Origin: Macrostomum lignano
Lineage: Eukaryota
Length of the DNA: 64,000 nucleotides
Direction: 5' to 3'
NCBI GenBank assembly: GCA_002269645.1
Contig: NIVC01003381.1
Span: 36,454 to 100,453, forward strand
The notes under the pieces are model-generated. The model did no database searches. It was given only the letters and a program-made list of their open reading frames with translations, and was not told the origin of the DNA. This document shows, one piece after another, positions 27,799 to 41,068 of this stretch. A program made the translations under genes and the position numbers. The stretch's first letter is position 1. Each line of letters opens with the position of its first letter.

Positions 27799-29666
27799 GG
27801 AGATGATCAGAGATCGGAGATGATCAGAGATCGGAGATGATCAGAGATCGGAGATGATCAGAGATCGGAGATGATCAGAGATCGGAGATGATCAGAGATC
27901 GGAGATGATCAGAGATCGGAGATGATCAGAGATCGGAGATGATCAGAGATCGGAGATGATCAGAGATCGGAGATGATCAGAGATCGGAGATGATCAGAGA
28001 TCGGAGATGATCAGAGATCGGAGATGATCAGAGATCGGAGATGATCAGAGATCGGAGATGATCAGAGATCGGAGATGATCAGAGATCGGAGATGATCAGA
28101 GATCGGAGATGATCAGAGATCGGAGATGATCAGAGATCGGAGATGATCAGAGATCGGAGATGATCAGAGATCGGAGATGATCAGAGATCGGAGATGATCA
28201 GAGATCGGAGATGATCAGAGATCGGAGATGATCAGAGATCGGAGATGATCAGAGATCGGAGATGATCAGAGATCGGAGATGATCAGAGATCGGAGATGAT
28301 CAGAGATCGGAGATGATCAGAGATCGGAGATGATCAGAGATCGGAGATGATCAGAGATCGGAGATGATCAGAGATCGGAGATGATCAGAGATCGGAGATG
28401 ATCAGAGATCGGAGATGATCAGAGATCGGAGATGATCAGAGATCGGAGATGATCAGAGATCGGAGATGATCAGAGATCGGAGATGATCAGAGATCGGAGA
28501 TGATCAGAGATCGGAGATGATCAGAGATCGGAGATGATCAGAGATCGGAGATGATCAGAGATCGGAGATGATCAGAGATCGGAGATGATCAGAGATCGGA
28601 GATGATCAGAGATCGGAGATGATCAGAGATCGGAGATGATCAGAGATCGGAGATGATCAGAGATCGGAGATGATCAGAGATCGGAGATGATCAGAGATCG
28701 GAGATGATCAGAGATCGGAGATGATCAGAGATCGGAGATGATCAGAGATCGGAGATGATCAGAGATCGGAGATGATCAGAGATCGGAGATGATCAGAGAT
28801 CGGAGATGATCAGAGATCGGAGATGATCAGAGATCGGAGATGATCAGAGATCGGAGATGATCAGAGATCGGAGATGATCAGAGATCGGAGATGATCAGAG
28901 ATCGGAGATGATCAGAGATCGGAGATCAGAGATCGGAGATCAGAGATCGGAGATCAGAGATCGGAGATCAGAGATCGGAGATCAGAGATCGGAGATCAGA
29001 GATCGGAGATCAGAGATCGGAGATCAGAGATCGGAGATCAGAGATCGGAGATCAGAGATCGGAGATCAGAGATCGGAGATCAGAGATCGGAGATCAGAGA
29101 TCGGAGATCAGAGATCGGAGATCAGAGATCGGAGATCAGAGATCGGAGATCAGAGATCGGAGATCAGAGATCGGAGATCAGAGATCGGAGATCAGAGATC
29201 GGAGATCAGAGATCGGAGATCAGAGATCGGAGATCAGAGATCGGAGATCAGAGATCGGAGATCAGAGATCGGAGATCAGAGATCGGAGATCAGAGATCGG
29301 AGATCAGAGATCGGAGATCAGAGATCGGAGATCAGAGATCGGAGATCAGAGATCGGAGATCAGAGATCGGAGATCAGAGATCGGAGATCAGAGATCGGAG
29401 ATCAGAGATCGGAGATCAGAGATCGGAGATCAGAGATCGGAGATCAGAGATCGGAGATCAGAGATCGGAGATCAGAGATCGGAGATCAGAGATCGGAGAT
29501 CAGAGATCGGAGATCAGAGATCGGAGATCAGAGATCGGAGATCAGAGATCGGAGATCAGAGATCGGAGATCAGAGATCGGAGATCAGAGATCGGAGATCA
29601 GAGATCGGAGATCAGAGATCGGAGATCAGAGATCGGAGATCAGAGATCGGAGATCAGAGATCGGAG
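27799..29666. repeat. Perfectly homogeneous GATC-rich array: 17-mer (gagatgatcagagatcg) to ~28920, then 14-mer (gagatcagagatcg)
   Basis: About 66 and about 53 copies by length/period. No variant units seen. Confidence 0.98.
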
Positions 29667-30521
29667 AGAGGTTAGCTATCGGTAAGACCGGACAGAGAAT
29701 GCCCACCGAGGAACATTGGCGGCCAGAAGGACAGCCAGCGGAGCGAGTCGCAGAAAGGCCAATTGAAACAGCGGACGCGAGCAAACACTGAGCTGAGCCG
29801 AGATCCAAATTGGCTTTTAAAAATCGGTCTGGACGCAGCGGGAAACTGGCTTTCCACGCCAGCTCACCCGGGAATCAATTGCTAACCCGGGCGGAACAAT
29901 TTGCTCCGCAAAGATTGCAGCTCCGCTCGGGCCAGTGATTGATTTATCAGCAAATAGGCCGGCAGGGAAATTTTTAAACAATTTCGGTTATTAATAGTCG
30001 CAAAAACTTATCTGGATCTGAAAGCACCGGCTTTAATGCGATATTGTTTCTCGTCAATGAGACTTCCCATTTATCCCATCTTCTCTCCCCGCCTATTTCT
30101 CATGCAGCACCGAGAAATCTCCCAGGGGGAATCGGAGCGGATGAAGATGGGATGGGGGAAGCTGCGACACTTCCTCCACCCGGATGGGGCGCCTCATCGG
30201 CTGGATTATTGTTCTTAGAAAATCTATTTGAGCTTGCATCGCATTCGCGGAACTCGAATATCCGGCTCGCCCCCCCCCAGCCCACCTTAAGTCGGAGCTC
30301 TGGGGACAGGGCGGAGATCAGCAAATTCAAGTGCAAAATAAGCTGCATCAGATTTGCCAGCCAATGGGCGGCTCAGCAGGGCGTCATTGGCCTCGGAGGC
30401 GAGCATTTCAGAGGGGCGCAGGCCCGGGCGGCATAGAAGACCAAAGAGCTGGGCAGGCTGCGGCGGCAGGCAGATCTGTGGAAGCCTCCCTTTCTTCCTG
30501 ACACATTCAGCACTAGCCAGG

Positions 30522-32033
30522 ATGCCTAGCCAAACTCGTTCCTCTCTTATCTTGCTGCTGCTGCTCGTTGCCATGGCAACAGCAGAGGCACTCAGAAGGA
30601 CGCCGCGGGAGCAACCGGTCATCACCGACGGTGTTGACAGCGGCGCAGAGTTCGAGGACGCCTCCTCCTCGCCGCCGCCGTCGCCGCAGCAGCCGCCGCC
30701 AGCGGACTCGGTGTACATCGTGATCCTGGACGCCGGATCGTCGGGCACGCGGGCCGTGGCCTACCAGTTCCGCGTGAAGCGCTCCAGCCTCATCGGCCTG
30801 GAGTACATCAGCGTCTACAAGCGCAAGAGCGACCAGGGCCTGTCGAACTTTGAGCGCAATCCGCCCCGCTGCCGCAAGATGCTGCAGGACCTGCTCGGCG
30901 AGGTGGCCGACGGCATCCCTCGGGAGGTGCGCGGAAAAACCGTGGCAATCCTGCGCGCCACCGCCGGCTTCCGCCTGATGAAAGACAGCGCCAGGGCGAA
31001 GATCGCCAAAGAGGCCCGCGACGTCCTTCGCCGGTCGGCGTTCCGCATTCCAAACAAGGACGCGGAGCTGGTCCGGATGCTGAGCGGCAGCGATGAGGCC
31101 AAGTACTCTTGGATCGCCGTCAATTACCTGCTGGGCAATTTCCAGGAGGAGGGCGCCGCCACCAAGCCCATTGTTGAGATGGGCGGCGGCTCGCTTCAGG
31201 TGGCCTTCGAGGACCCGAAATTGGCGGCGGCAGCTGACGGCGAGGGCGGCGGCGCCACCTTCCGACTGCACGGCGGGCGCACGTACGCGGTGCACACGCA
31301 CAGCTACCTGGGCCTCGGCTTCAGGGAGTCTGTGCTCCGCATCATCGGCTACCAGCAGCCCGATTCCGAAGAGAAGGCCTGGGCGCAAGTCTCTACGCCG
31401 TGTCTGGCGCCGAATCTAGCGCTAAATTTCAGCTTCGGCTCGACGAACATCGGCGTGATGGGTGAATCAAGCGTTGGCGGCGAGCGCCGTGTGAGCATCT
31501 GCTCGGGTCTGGCCAGACGCCTCGTCCAGCAGCTTGATGTTCACGACGAAGTCGAACTGGCCGGCGACGGCGCCAACTGGCCGCTGTACGGGATCGGCAG
31601 CATCTACTTCCTGGCGCAGTTCCTGCAGCAGAGACGCCTGGCGCCGGACATCCGGCCCGACGAGGCCACCTGCCAGGCTATGGTGAGCCGCGGCCTCCGC
31701 TGCGGCGCCTTCGCTGGCACCGTGGGCGACTTCACCGCGGCAGCCCGGCAAGTGTGCAGCGACCCGCCGAGGGCTTCCCGCTTTCCGCCCTACTACTGCA
31801 TCAGCACCTCCGTGGTGTCCGCCCTGCTCAGCCAGGGCCTGCGCCTGCCCGAAACCGCCAGGATCACCGTGCTGGGCAACAACGACGCTCTCGGCTGGAG
31901 CCTCGGCCTTGGCCTTGAATTTCTCGCCTCGGCGGAGTCGGGCGGCTCACCGTCGGCCAGTCCGAGGTGCGGCGACGTGGTCAGCTTAGCGATGGTTGCC
32001 ATGATGATGCAGCTGCTCAGGATGTTGAGCTGA
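30522..32033 (+). CDS. Ecto-NTPDase / apyrase (GDA1/CD39 family, NTPDase5/6-like topology), single exon, about 503 aa
   Basis: Apyrase conserved regions: [10 protein letters not shown] (ACR1), ATAGFR (ACR2), [17 protein letters not shown] (ACR3), [11 protein letters not shown] (ACR4), GWSLG (ACR5). Signal peptide [23 protein letters not shown] from the ATG at 30522; the upstream in-frame ORF extension to 30354 is probably UTR or intron. Confidence 0.92.
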   Translation: MPSQTRSSLILLLLLVAMATAEALRRTPREQPVITDGVDSGAEFEDASSSPPPSPQQPPPADSVYIVILDAGSSGTRAVAYQFRVKRSSLIGLEYISVYKRKSDQGLSNFERNPPRCRKMLQDLLGEVADGIPREVRGKTVAILRATAGFRLMKDSARAKIAKEARDVLRRSAFRIPNKDAELVRMLSGSDEAKYSWIAVNYLLGNFQEEGAATKPIVEMGGGSLQVAFEDPKLAAAADGEGGGATFRLHGGRTYAVHTHSYLGLGFRESVLRIIGYQQPDSEEKAWAQVSTPCLAPNLALNFSFGSTNIGVMGESSVGGERRVSICSGLARRLVQQLDVHDEVELAGDGANWPLYGIGSIYFLAQFLQQRRLAPDIRPDEATCQAMVSRGLRCGAFAGTVGDFTAAARQVCSDPPRASRFPPYYCISTSVVSALLSQGLRLPETARITVLGNNDALGWSLGLGLEFLASAESGGSPSASPRCGDVVSLAMVAMMMQLLRMLS

Positions 32034-32049
32034 CTGAGCCAGCTGGCAA

Positions 32050-32860
32050 AGAGATAGAGGGGGAGAGAGAGAGAGGGAGAGAGGGAGAGAGGGAGAGAGA
32101 GGGAGAGGGAGAGAGGGAGAGAGGGAGAGAGAGGGAGAGAGGGAGAGAGGGAGAGAGGGAGAGAGGGAGAGAGGAGAGAGAGGGAGAGAGAGGGAGAGAG
32201 AGAGAGGAGAGAGCAGAGAGGGAGAGAGGGAGAGAGAGGGAGAGAGAGAGGGAGAGAGGGAGAGAGGGAGAGAGAGGGAGAGGGAGAGAGGGAGAGAGGA
32301 GAGAGGGAGAGAGGGAGAGAGGGAGAGAGAGGGAGAGAGAGAGAGAGGGAGAGAGGCAGAGAGGGAGAGAGAGGAGAGAGAGGGAGAGAGAGAGAGGGAG
32401 AGAGGGAGAGAGGGAGAGAGAGGGAGAGGGAGAGAGGGAGAGAGGGAGAGAGGGAGAGAGGGAGAGAGGGAGAGAGAGGGAGAGAGAGGGAGAGAGAGGG
32501 AGAGAGGTAGAGAGAGGGAGAGAGGTAGAGAGAGGGAGAGAGGTAGAGAGAGGAGAGCCTCCATTCCCAGGCACTGACACGGTAAAAGATCAGGAGCAAA
32601 GAGTTTGAATTGTTATAGTTGCCGATATTTCGAAATTATTATATTACTTCGTCAAGGAAAGTAAAAAGAAAGAAGAGGGAGAGAGAGGGAAAAGGGGAGA
32701 GAAGGAGAGAGAGAGAGAGAGGGAGAGAGGGAGAGTGTGAGAGAGGGAGAGAGGGAGAGAGAGGGAGAGTGTGAAAGAGAGAGAGAGAGAGGGGGAGAGA
32801 GGGAGAGGGAGAGAGGGAGAGAGAGGGAGAGAGAGGGAGAGGGGGAGAGGGAGAGAGGGA
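32050..32860. repeat. Polypurine GA/GGA low-complexity tracts (32050-32552 and 32670-32860)
   Basis: Direct reading. Source of the ERE/SLSLP pseudo-ORFs. Confidence 0.93.
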
Positions 32861-34956
32861 GACGAGGCTGGATCTCGAGACTGATGTCTCACAGCCTGCT
32901 CCGCCCAGCCAGCTAAATGAGTAGAAAAAGTTCAGACCCCAACAAGTTGGAAACAGATTTGGGAGGAATTGCAATTAACAACTAACCGACAGATCTCAAA
33001 GCGAGTGCCGAGCCTGCCCCCCCCCCGGCCTGAGCAGGAGTTCAAGTGCAAACGGGAAAGTTTTTAAAAAGTACAGCCTCCATTCTCTTTGAATGCCTCG
33101 AACAAAAAATGTTCGCTTTGAGGGGGAGGGGAGAGTGATGTTAGGGTCTATCTAGATCCCAAGGGGAAATCGCACTAGAGTCCCACAAAAGGGTTATTTT
33201 TCTCATCTTCACTGCCGGCGGAGGGGGTCACACGAGGTTCCCAAGAGGCGACCCCCCTCTGTCTGCGCCAGCTCAGATGCACCCACAGCTGTACCCTGGA
33301 TACCGGATTCTGTTGCACTGATTTAAGCTCCGTTATTATAACCATCAGGTGGAGGTTTTCGAGTCTTCATAGCGCCTAAAAAATTATCTCTATTTTCAAA
33401 CAAAATTTTCTATTAACTTTTGTAGCAGCACGAGCGGAAGTGAAAATGATTACAGGAAAATCAGCAAAACTGCGGGACAGATAGTGAATATTAATTATAT
33501 TAAATTGCTAACCAAACCGTGTACATAATCTAAATAACTCATAAATTGAATTATTACAAAAAATATGTTAAATCTTGTGATATACAAATACCTTGGATAT
33601 GCTTCATACCTGTTTGCTATTTGCATTGCAGATCTGTGTACATTAGCCTGTACCCTCTTGCTTATTATAATCTTGTTTATTCTGTCAAGCTTCATACCGC
33701 TATTGAATCAGCTTTAACCATAGGCCAAGTTTTCCAGAGAGCAATGCAACGCAGATGAAGAATGAATTAAGTACTTCAGCTGCAGCAAAACCAAGCTATA
33801 GATCAGGCCATCTCTGAAATAAATGCACCAAGCTTCGTTCTAGCATACGATTGTATCTATCTATCTCTGTTAGGTCGAATTTCTAGATGTACATCTATTG
33901 ACTGTGCACCAGTGCAGTGTTCCTTGGACTTCGGCTTTTTGTCACCGGATATGATAGTTTATTTGCATCAAAATGGAATCATGCAAAGCATACACACAGG
34001 CACAGGCCAGCTCGATTCTAATGTGCAACAAATTTCAAACAAACTGAAGTAGTTTAAAAAAGGGCAAAGTTTATTTCTAACAAAAACAAGATGTAAATAA
34101 ATGAAATTTTTCTGCGTCAAAACTTTTCAAATTCGATTTCAGAAAACTAAGCACGACGTAGATCATGCGTTCGAACTTTCCTGCCGCATGAATACTGAGC
34201 TCGGGCTCAATTAAATTCGCGCCAGATGTGAAGATTTTATCCAGTTTTAAAACGAGACCAAGTTTGTAAGAATCAGTTTTGCTATTCTGAAATTATCGAG
34301 AATTTAGTGCATGAGGTTTCTTCGCCTATCCTGCAGCACAGTCGCCTGGGACCCATATCTCTGGGATGGGGGTGTCACTTCCCCTGGGCTAGGAATGTAA
34401 AGTTTGGTGGGAGGGTGGCAACAAAAGTGCTTCCGAGACACAAAGTTATGGGGAATATTAAGGCATGGAAGATTGTAAAGTCCGGAGAGGAAGCTTGGGA
34501 AAATATGAAATTTGGGGGGGGGGGCGCTTATAAAAAGTGCGGCATCGATTGAATTTTAACTGTGCCTGGATGAGCAAATGCAATTATCAGCCATCTGTCA
34601 GCTTGAGTTTGCTCCAGCCTCATCACCGCATAATATATCAAAGCTGAGGTTAAGCCTAAATGATAAAACCGATGTTACAGTCTACACTTGCTTTTTATTG
34701 TTGCATACAGCACTATCTGGAGCTTTTAATGCGCCTGCCCCAATTAAATATGCGAGCTACAGTTTAGGAATGTCCGATCCAAAAGCACAAACAGTGAACA
34801 GCAAATCTTATACCCTTCCCACGGTCTTAAGCCAAACAGGAAATTTGCATGCACACTTGATGCAGACACATTAACGCGTTTGACTCTTGTGCTATGACCC
34901 CTGGTTCGATCTCACATCCATTTGGAGCTGTTGCACAAAAATTGACGGATGGGTTC

Positions 34957-35436
<480 letters not shown>

Positions 35437-36231
35437 CACGGTACACCCTGTGTGAGCGTGTGCATGAGTACAGGATACAGGAGTCAGCGGAATGGGCAGT
35501 TCAATTGCCTCAGCGCTGGTTTCGGGACGATGCCGCCGAAGGCGTTGCGCCAGGGTGGCCGCAAGCCTCCTGCGAATCCAGGCCTGTATAACTAAACACA
35601 GAGTGATGAATTATATATTAACCCTGCTGGTTGCAATCACAATTAAAAAGGCGTTTAAAAAAGCATTTTAGAAAGCAATTTAGAGAAGAGTGAGCTATTA
35701 TTTCAAAAATCTGCAATAGGAAGAGCAACTGTTTGAGTCGCGTGACAGCTGGCTGTTGAATCGCACAAAATGATGCATTTGTCACTTGCCAGAGCCGGGT
35801 GCTCTCGTTGGCTTTCATATTTTCTAGTTAAAGAAGACTCAAGGCTAAGGCTTAAAACCCTAACCTGTGTTTTGTACTAATAAGTGGACGATGCCATTCC
35901 GAATTTCTCCCTGTAGCTATTCATGTATCAGCTTGTCAACCGTAGGAAGACAGCCAGACAGATAGACAGTGCGCATCAGTGCTTCTCTGTGCTCTGCTCT
36001 GTGTGGTCTCATTGATTTTTAGCATAATAGATTTTTTCCAACTCTTCCAAGATAGAAGGGCTAGGAGAGAGAGAGAGACAGAAATTGCTGAATGAATAGA
36101 AACTTATCTAATCAAGGCAGTTTCATTTTTTCTGTTCTACAGAGGCATGCAAGAAAATTTAAGGTCAATAAAATATTATTGGAATGTAAAATACTGAGAT
36201 TAGACTTGGGGTCATTAATATATAGTTTATG

Positions 36232-36740
36232 AGTCAGGTGGCTGTGGAGTGAGGTGGATACGGAGTGAGGTGGATACGGAGTGAGGTGGCTGTGAAGTGA
36301 GGTGGCTGCGGAGTGAGGTGGCTGCGGAGTGAGGTGGCTGTGGAATGAGATGGATACGGAGTGAGGTGGCTGCAGAGTGAGGTGGCTGCGGAATGAGGTG
36401 GCTGCGGAGTGAGGTGGCTGTGGAATGAGGTGGCTGTGGAATGAGGTGGCTGCGGAGTGAGGTGGCTGTGGAATGAGGTGGATACGGAGTGAGGTGGCTG
36501 TGGAATGAGATGGATGCGGAGTGAGGTGGCTGCAGAGTGAGGTGGCTGCGGAATGAGGTGGCTGCGGAGTGAGGTGGCTGTGGAATGAGGTGGCTGTGGA
36601 ATGAGGTGGCTGCGAAGTGAGGTGGCTGTGGAATGAGGTGGATACGGGGTGAGGTGGCTGTAGAATGAGATGGATACGGAGTGAGGTGGCTGCAGAGTGA
36701 GGTGGCTGCGGAGTGAGGTGGCTGTGGAGTGAGGTGGCTT
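36232..36740. repeat. 16-bp minisatellite (ggagtgaggtggctgc)n, copy 1
   Basis: Tandem units with gatac/gctgt variants. Confidence 0.94.
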
Positions 36741-37713
36741 CGAAGTTGGGTGGCTTCGGTACAGAGGCTGTAAACTGTAAACTAAAGTCGGCGTACAGTT
36801 TTCAGCTTGGGAATTAAAATGCATGCAACAAATAAAAATACCAAAATCTAAATAAATAACCTACCCAGCTAATAGATCCAAGTGACTGTAATCTTGCCGA
36901 ACAAGCGATCTACATCTAATTCGATTTAGCCGCGCATGCGAGCTGGCGGACAGCATTAAACTGCGAGGCGTCGGTGCGAATTATTAGTTAGCCGGCCATG
37001 ATCGCGGGGAGAGAGGGAGAGGCCTGCTTTAATGGCAAAAAACGGGGACAACTTTATCGACTGTAGAATATTCGCTGCACACTGCTGAACCCTCCAAGTC
37101 CTGCCCCTCTGCATGCTGGCACCCGCCAACCCCAATACCTACAGCACTTGACCCAGACTGGGAAAATAGGCAGAAAAATCCTCGCGCCCCACTTGTTAGC
37201 CGGTGTTTTATGGCAGTAGAATGCGCCTTCAATTCGGCTTGATATTTGGCTACAGCAGAACACAGCGAATGTCCCTTATCAATTCGAAACTTGAATAGGA
37301 TGATCTTAGCCAGATAGACACTGGCAGCTGTGTTCAACGTCGACTTCCGAAATAAATAAATAGCAAAGTAAAGTACATCGTAAATATAGTTCAAGCCTAG
37401 CTAATGTTTATAACTCGAGTCTAATATTGATAAGACTGCATGTAAGCTCGCGGCAGTATTTTTAGACGCAATTTCGGTAGGCTGGAAAATGCCATAGACA
37501 AATCAGCTATTCTTGCGCCAATTTAGGTAGCAGCATCTGATGCATAGAACTCGCATATTAGGAGAGACCCACCTTGTTGGCGCACCTCGAGGCCAAGTGT
37601 TAATTGCTCTATTTATTTTTATGAAGCTTTATCGGCCGAAATGTGCTGGCTAACTTATTTGGTTGCATTTTTTTGAAGAGAAATTCCCCCTGCCCAGCCA
37701 AATCCCTGCTGCC

Positions 37714-40700
37714 ATGCGGCGAGGCCTTCTCCCGCCTGTTTCAAACAAGCGAGGACCGCCCGTAGGCTTGCAACAGCCTGATAATTGCTCTGCTTCTAAT
37801 GGACCGGAGCTTGAATCCAGCGACGGCCAGCACATGGGCAACAACGTCAACAAGAATGACACTTCGGTGAGTTTTTATTAGCATTTCAAGATGGCTGCGA
37901 AGTTTTGGAGTGAGGTGGGTGCGGAGTGAGGTGGATACGGAGTGAGGTGGGTGCGGAGTGAGGTGGATGCGGAGTGAGGTGGATACGGAGTGAGGTGGAT
38001 ACGGAGTGAGGTGGCTGCGGAGTGAGGTGGATACGGAGTGAGGTGGGTGCGGAGTGAGGTGGATACGGAGTGAGGTGGGTGCGGAGTGAGGTGGATACGG
38101 AGTGAGGTGGCTGTGGAGTGAGGTGGCTGCGGAGTGAGGTGGCTACGGAGTGAGGTGGCTGTGGAGTGAGGTGGCTGCGGAGTGAGGTGGCTGCGGAGTG
38201 AGGTGGATGTGGAGTGAGGAGGCTGTGGAGTGAGGTGGATGTGGAGTGAGGAGGCTGTGGAGTGAGGTGGCTGGGTGAATCTAATCGAGAGGACACCGAA
38301 GTCTCATGCAGTAGACTTCTATGCTGAGAAACTGCCGCGTCAAAGAGCAAAGAGCTGATTTAATTCTTGCCTCCCCTGTTGCTGAAATTATTAGGCTACA
38401 TAATAAAAATGATTTCAATATAAATGCAACGAAATGATATTCTGCCGATCGGAACGAAAAAGAGTTATGAATTTTTTGTCTATTCGATCCAATTAGGCAA
38501 AGTGTAGAGCAGAATTGAGATGAGCGATGAGCTGCTGCCCTGGCCGTGAAATGTTTGATCTAGGAGACAGATTTTTTTAGAGTAAATTAGCCCCATATCC
38601 AATCAGTTTTATCTTGAAATGAAAGCTTCCGCTTGGGTCATTTCAGGACATTGACGAGACGGAATCAGTGGAATTGTGGAGCGGCTTCATTGAAGGCCAG
38701 GTCGAAGTTGGTGGGTTTAAAGGCTTATATTTAGAAATTTTCTTACTGCAATTTAGCCCTACAACAATGTTTGAACTTTTCCTGCAGATCTGGATGCAGT
38801 AAAGAGCGAATTGTCGCGCAGAAGTGTCTACCAGAGGGCGTTTTTCATTGAGGATGACGATGAAGATGATCTGGTTCGTTTTTGTAACTTTTTCTGCTCC
38901 AGAAATGTATATAGTTATCTGATATAAATGGGGACAAGACTGATTGGGACTCTGAATCACTTGTCTAGGAGACTGATTCACCTGTATAGGAGACTGATTC
39001 ACCTGTCTAGGAGACTGATTCACCTGTCTAGGAGACTGATTCACCTGTCTAGGAGACTGATTCACCTGTCTAGGAGACTGATTCACCTAGCTAGGAGACT
39101 GATTCACCTGTCTAGGAGACTGATTCACCTGTCTAGGAGACTGATTCACCTAGCTAGGAGACTGATTCACCTGTCTAGGAGACTGATTCACCTGTCTAGG
39201 AGACTGATTAACCTGTCTAGGAGACTGATTCACCTGTCTAGGAGACTGATTCACCTGTCTAGGAGACTGATTCACCTAGCTAGGAGACTGATTCACCTAG
39301 CTAGGAGAATGACTCACCTGTCTAGGAGACTGATTAACCTGTCTAGGAGACTGATTCACCTGTCTAGGAGACTGATTCACCTGTCTAGAAGACTGATTCA
39401 CCTGTCTAGGAGACTGATTAACCTGTCTAGGAAAACGATTCACCTGTATAGGAGACTGATTCACCTGTCTAGGAGACTGATTCACCTAGCTAGGAGAATG
39501 ACTCACCTGTCTAAGAGACTGATTCACCTGTCTAGGAGACTGATTCACCTGTCTAGGAGACTGATTAACCTGTCTAGGAAACCGATTAACCTGTATAGGA
39601 GACTGATTCACCTGTCTAGAAGACTGATTCACCTGTCTAGGAGACTGATTCACCTGTCTAGGAAACCGATTAACCTGTATAGGAGACTGATTCACCTGTC
39701 TAAAAGGCTGATTCACCTGTCTAGGAGACTGATTCAACTGTCTAGGAGACTGATTCACCTAGCTAGGAGAATGACTCACCTGTCTAAGAGACTGATTAAC
39801 CTGTCTAGGAAACCGATTAACCTGTATAGGAGACTGATTCACCTGTCTAGACTGATTCACCTGTCTAGGAGACTGATTAACCTGTCTAGGAGACTGATTA
39901 ACCTGTCTAGGAAACCGATTCACCTGTCTAGGAGACTGATTAACCTGTCTAGGAAACCGATTCACCTGTATAGGAGACTGATTCACCTGTCTAGGAGACT
40001 TTTAGTTTACCCGAACAAAAGGTACGAGTTAACTGGTTGAGTTAATATTTTTAAGAAGTTTTCAGAATCGATCTGGGCCACTAATATCAAGGTGCGTAGT
40101 TCAGAGAGCGTAAAAATTTCAGCTATCGAGGTGTTGTTGGAACTTCAAAGCGCCCGTATACAGGTAGTTGTTTATATTCGATAAAATAGGGCAATTAAAA
40201 AGTTCGACAGCGCTGAAACTGCGCACTCATTCAAAAGTTTTGATCGTACTGCTCAGGAAACAGAAAAAACAGTATAAAACTAGTCTGGCTGTACTTTTAA
40301 ACATTTGGAGAAGTTATAATACGCGAGGCTTACCGTATATTTTCGGATCAACCAAGAGAAAGTAGAAATAAGAAGATTGTTTCCAAACTTTTCGCTCACT
40401 CAACTCTACTCTTGTCGGATTAGTTTGAAGAAGTCGAACTGTCGGCCGTGCTCAGCACCTGCTTCATGGAGATGACGGAGGTGCACATGTCAACTGACCA
40501 GAACGACGGCTCGGAGATTATCGCCCCATCGCGCACTGATAAGCCCTTCTCGTGCTACATCTACGCAAGCATGGGTTGCCGCAGGCACTGGATGGCCAGC
40601 CTGGGTCATGTCTCCAGCGTGACAGAAGACGAGAAGGATGAGCTCACCTTCGATTGCCGCACCGCTGCCGCCGCCGCCGCCGCAGCAGCAGCAGCAAGCA

Positions 40701-40948
40701 TATCAGCGTCAGAAACTAACTCAGTAACAACAACAATAGATGACACCAACAACTGCCTGACGTTGTGGTTCAGCTATCAGCCAGACAGGGTGCCTGACCG
40801 AGAGCCTTCAACACTGCTGGTGTTTAAACTGGCGCGATTGGCCAATAATCTACGCAGAATCATGTACAGCAGGTCATCGACTAGGAACAGGGGCTCAACT
40901 CTGTCAAAAACTAGCGAGAATAGAAGCGAAGATTCGCGGGATCTGTAA
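37714..40948 (+). CDS. Orphan 4-exon gene, about 275 aa: exons 37714-37866, 38647-38710, 38788-38873, 40424-40948
   Basis: ATG in gctgccATG context. Junctions TCG|GTGAGT..TTTCAG|GAC (phase 0), GTTG|GTGGGT..CTGCAG|AT (phase 1) and CTG|GTTCGT..ATTAG|TTT (phase 0) are all frame-compatible and give one open reading to the stop at 40948. No family recognised. Confidence 0.6.
37905..38272. repeat. 16-bp minisatellite (ggagtgaggtggRtRc)n, copy 2, in intron 1 of the orphan gene
   Basis: Same unit family and orientation as 36232-36740. Confidence 0.94.
38935..40000. repeat. 21-bp minisatellite (aggagactgattcacctgtct)n in intron 3 of the orphan gene
   Basis: Tandem units. Source of the RRLIHLS pseudo-ORF. 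Confidence 0.96.
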
Positions 40949-41068
40949 ACTGGGTGCATATTTGGACTTCGATTTTGCCACGCTGAAAGCTATTCCAACA
41001 ATCAGTTTGTATAGAGCTAATCAAAACGTTAAGATTTTATTATGAATGCCGCGAGACACAGACACACA

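Noticed and set aside
30354-30521. N-terminal extension of the NTPDase ORF
   Set aside because: The track start is a TTG, the segment precedes a clear signal peptide at Met 30522, and it contains a strong splice acceptor at 30510.
30513-31388. Antisense or alternate-frame ORFs over GC-rich genes (also 22026-22703, 56239-56841, 62459-63259, 16076-16681)
   Set aside because: Expected shadows of GC3-rich coding sequence, with no recognisable motifs.
21471-32033. Bacterial contamination or horizontal transfer for the intronless GC-rich genes
   Set aside because: Their composition matches the intron-containing host genes, and they sit in the same repeat-rich context with no operon or RBS features. 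Phylogeny would be needed to revisit this.
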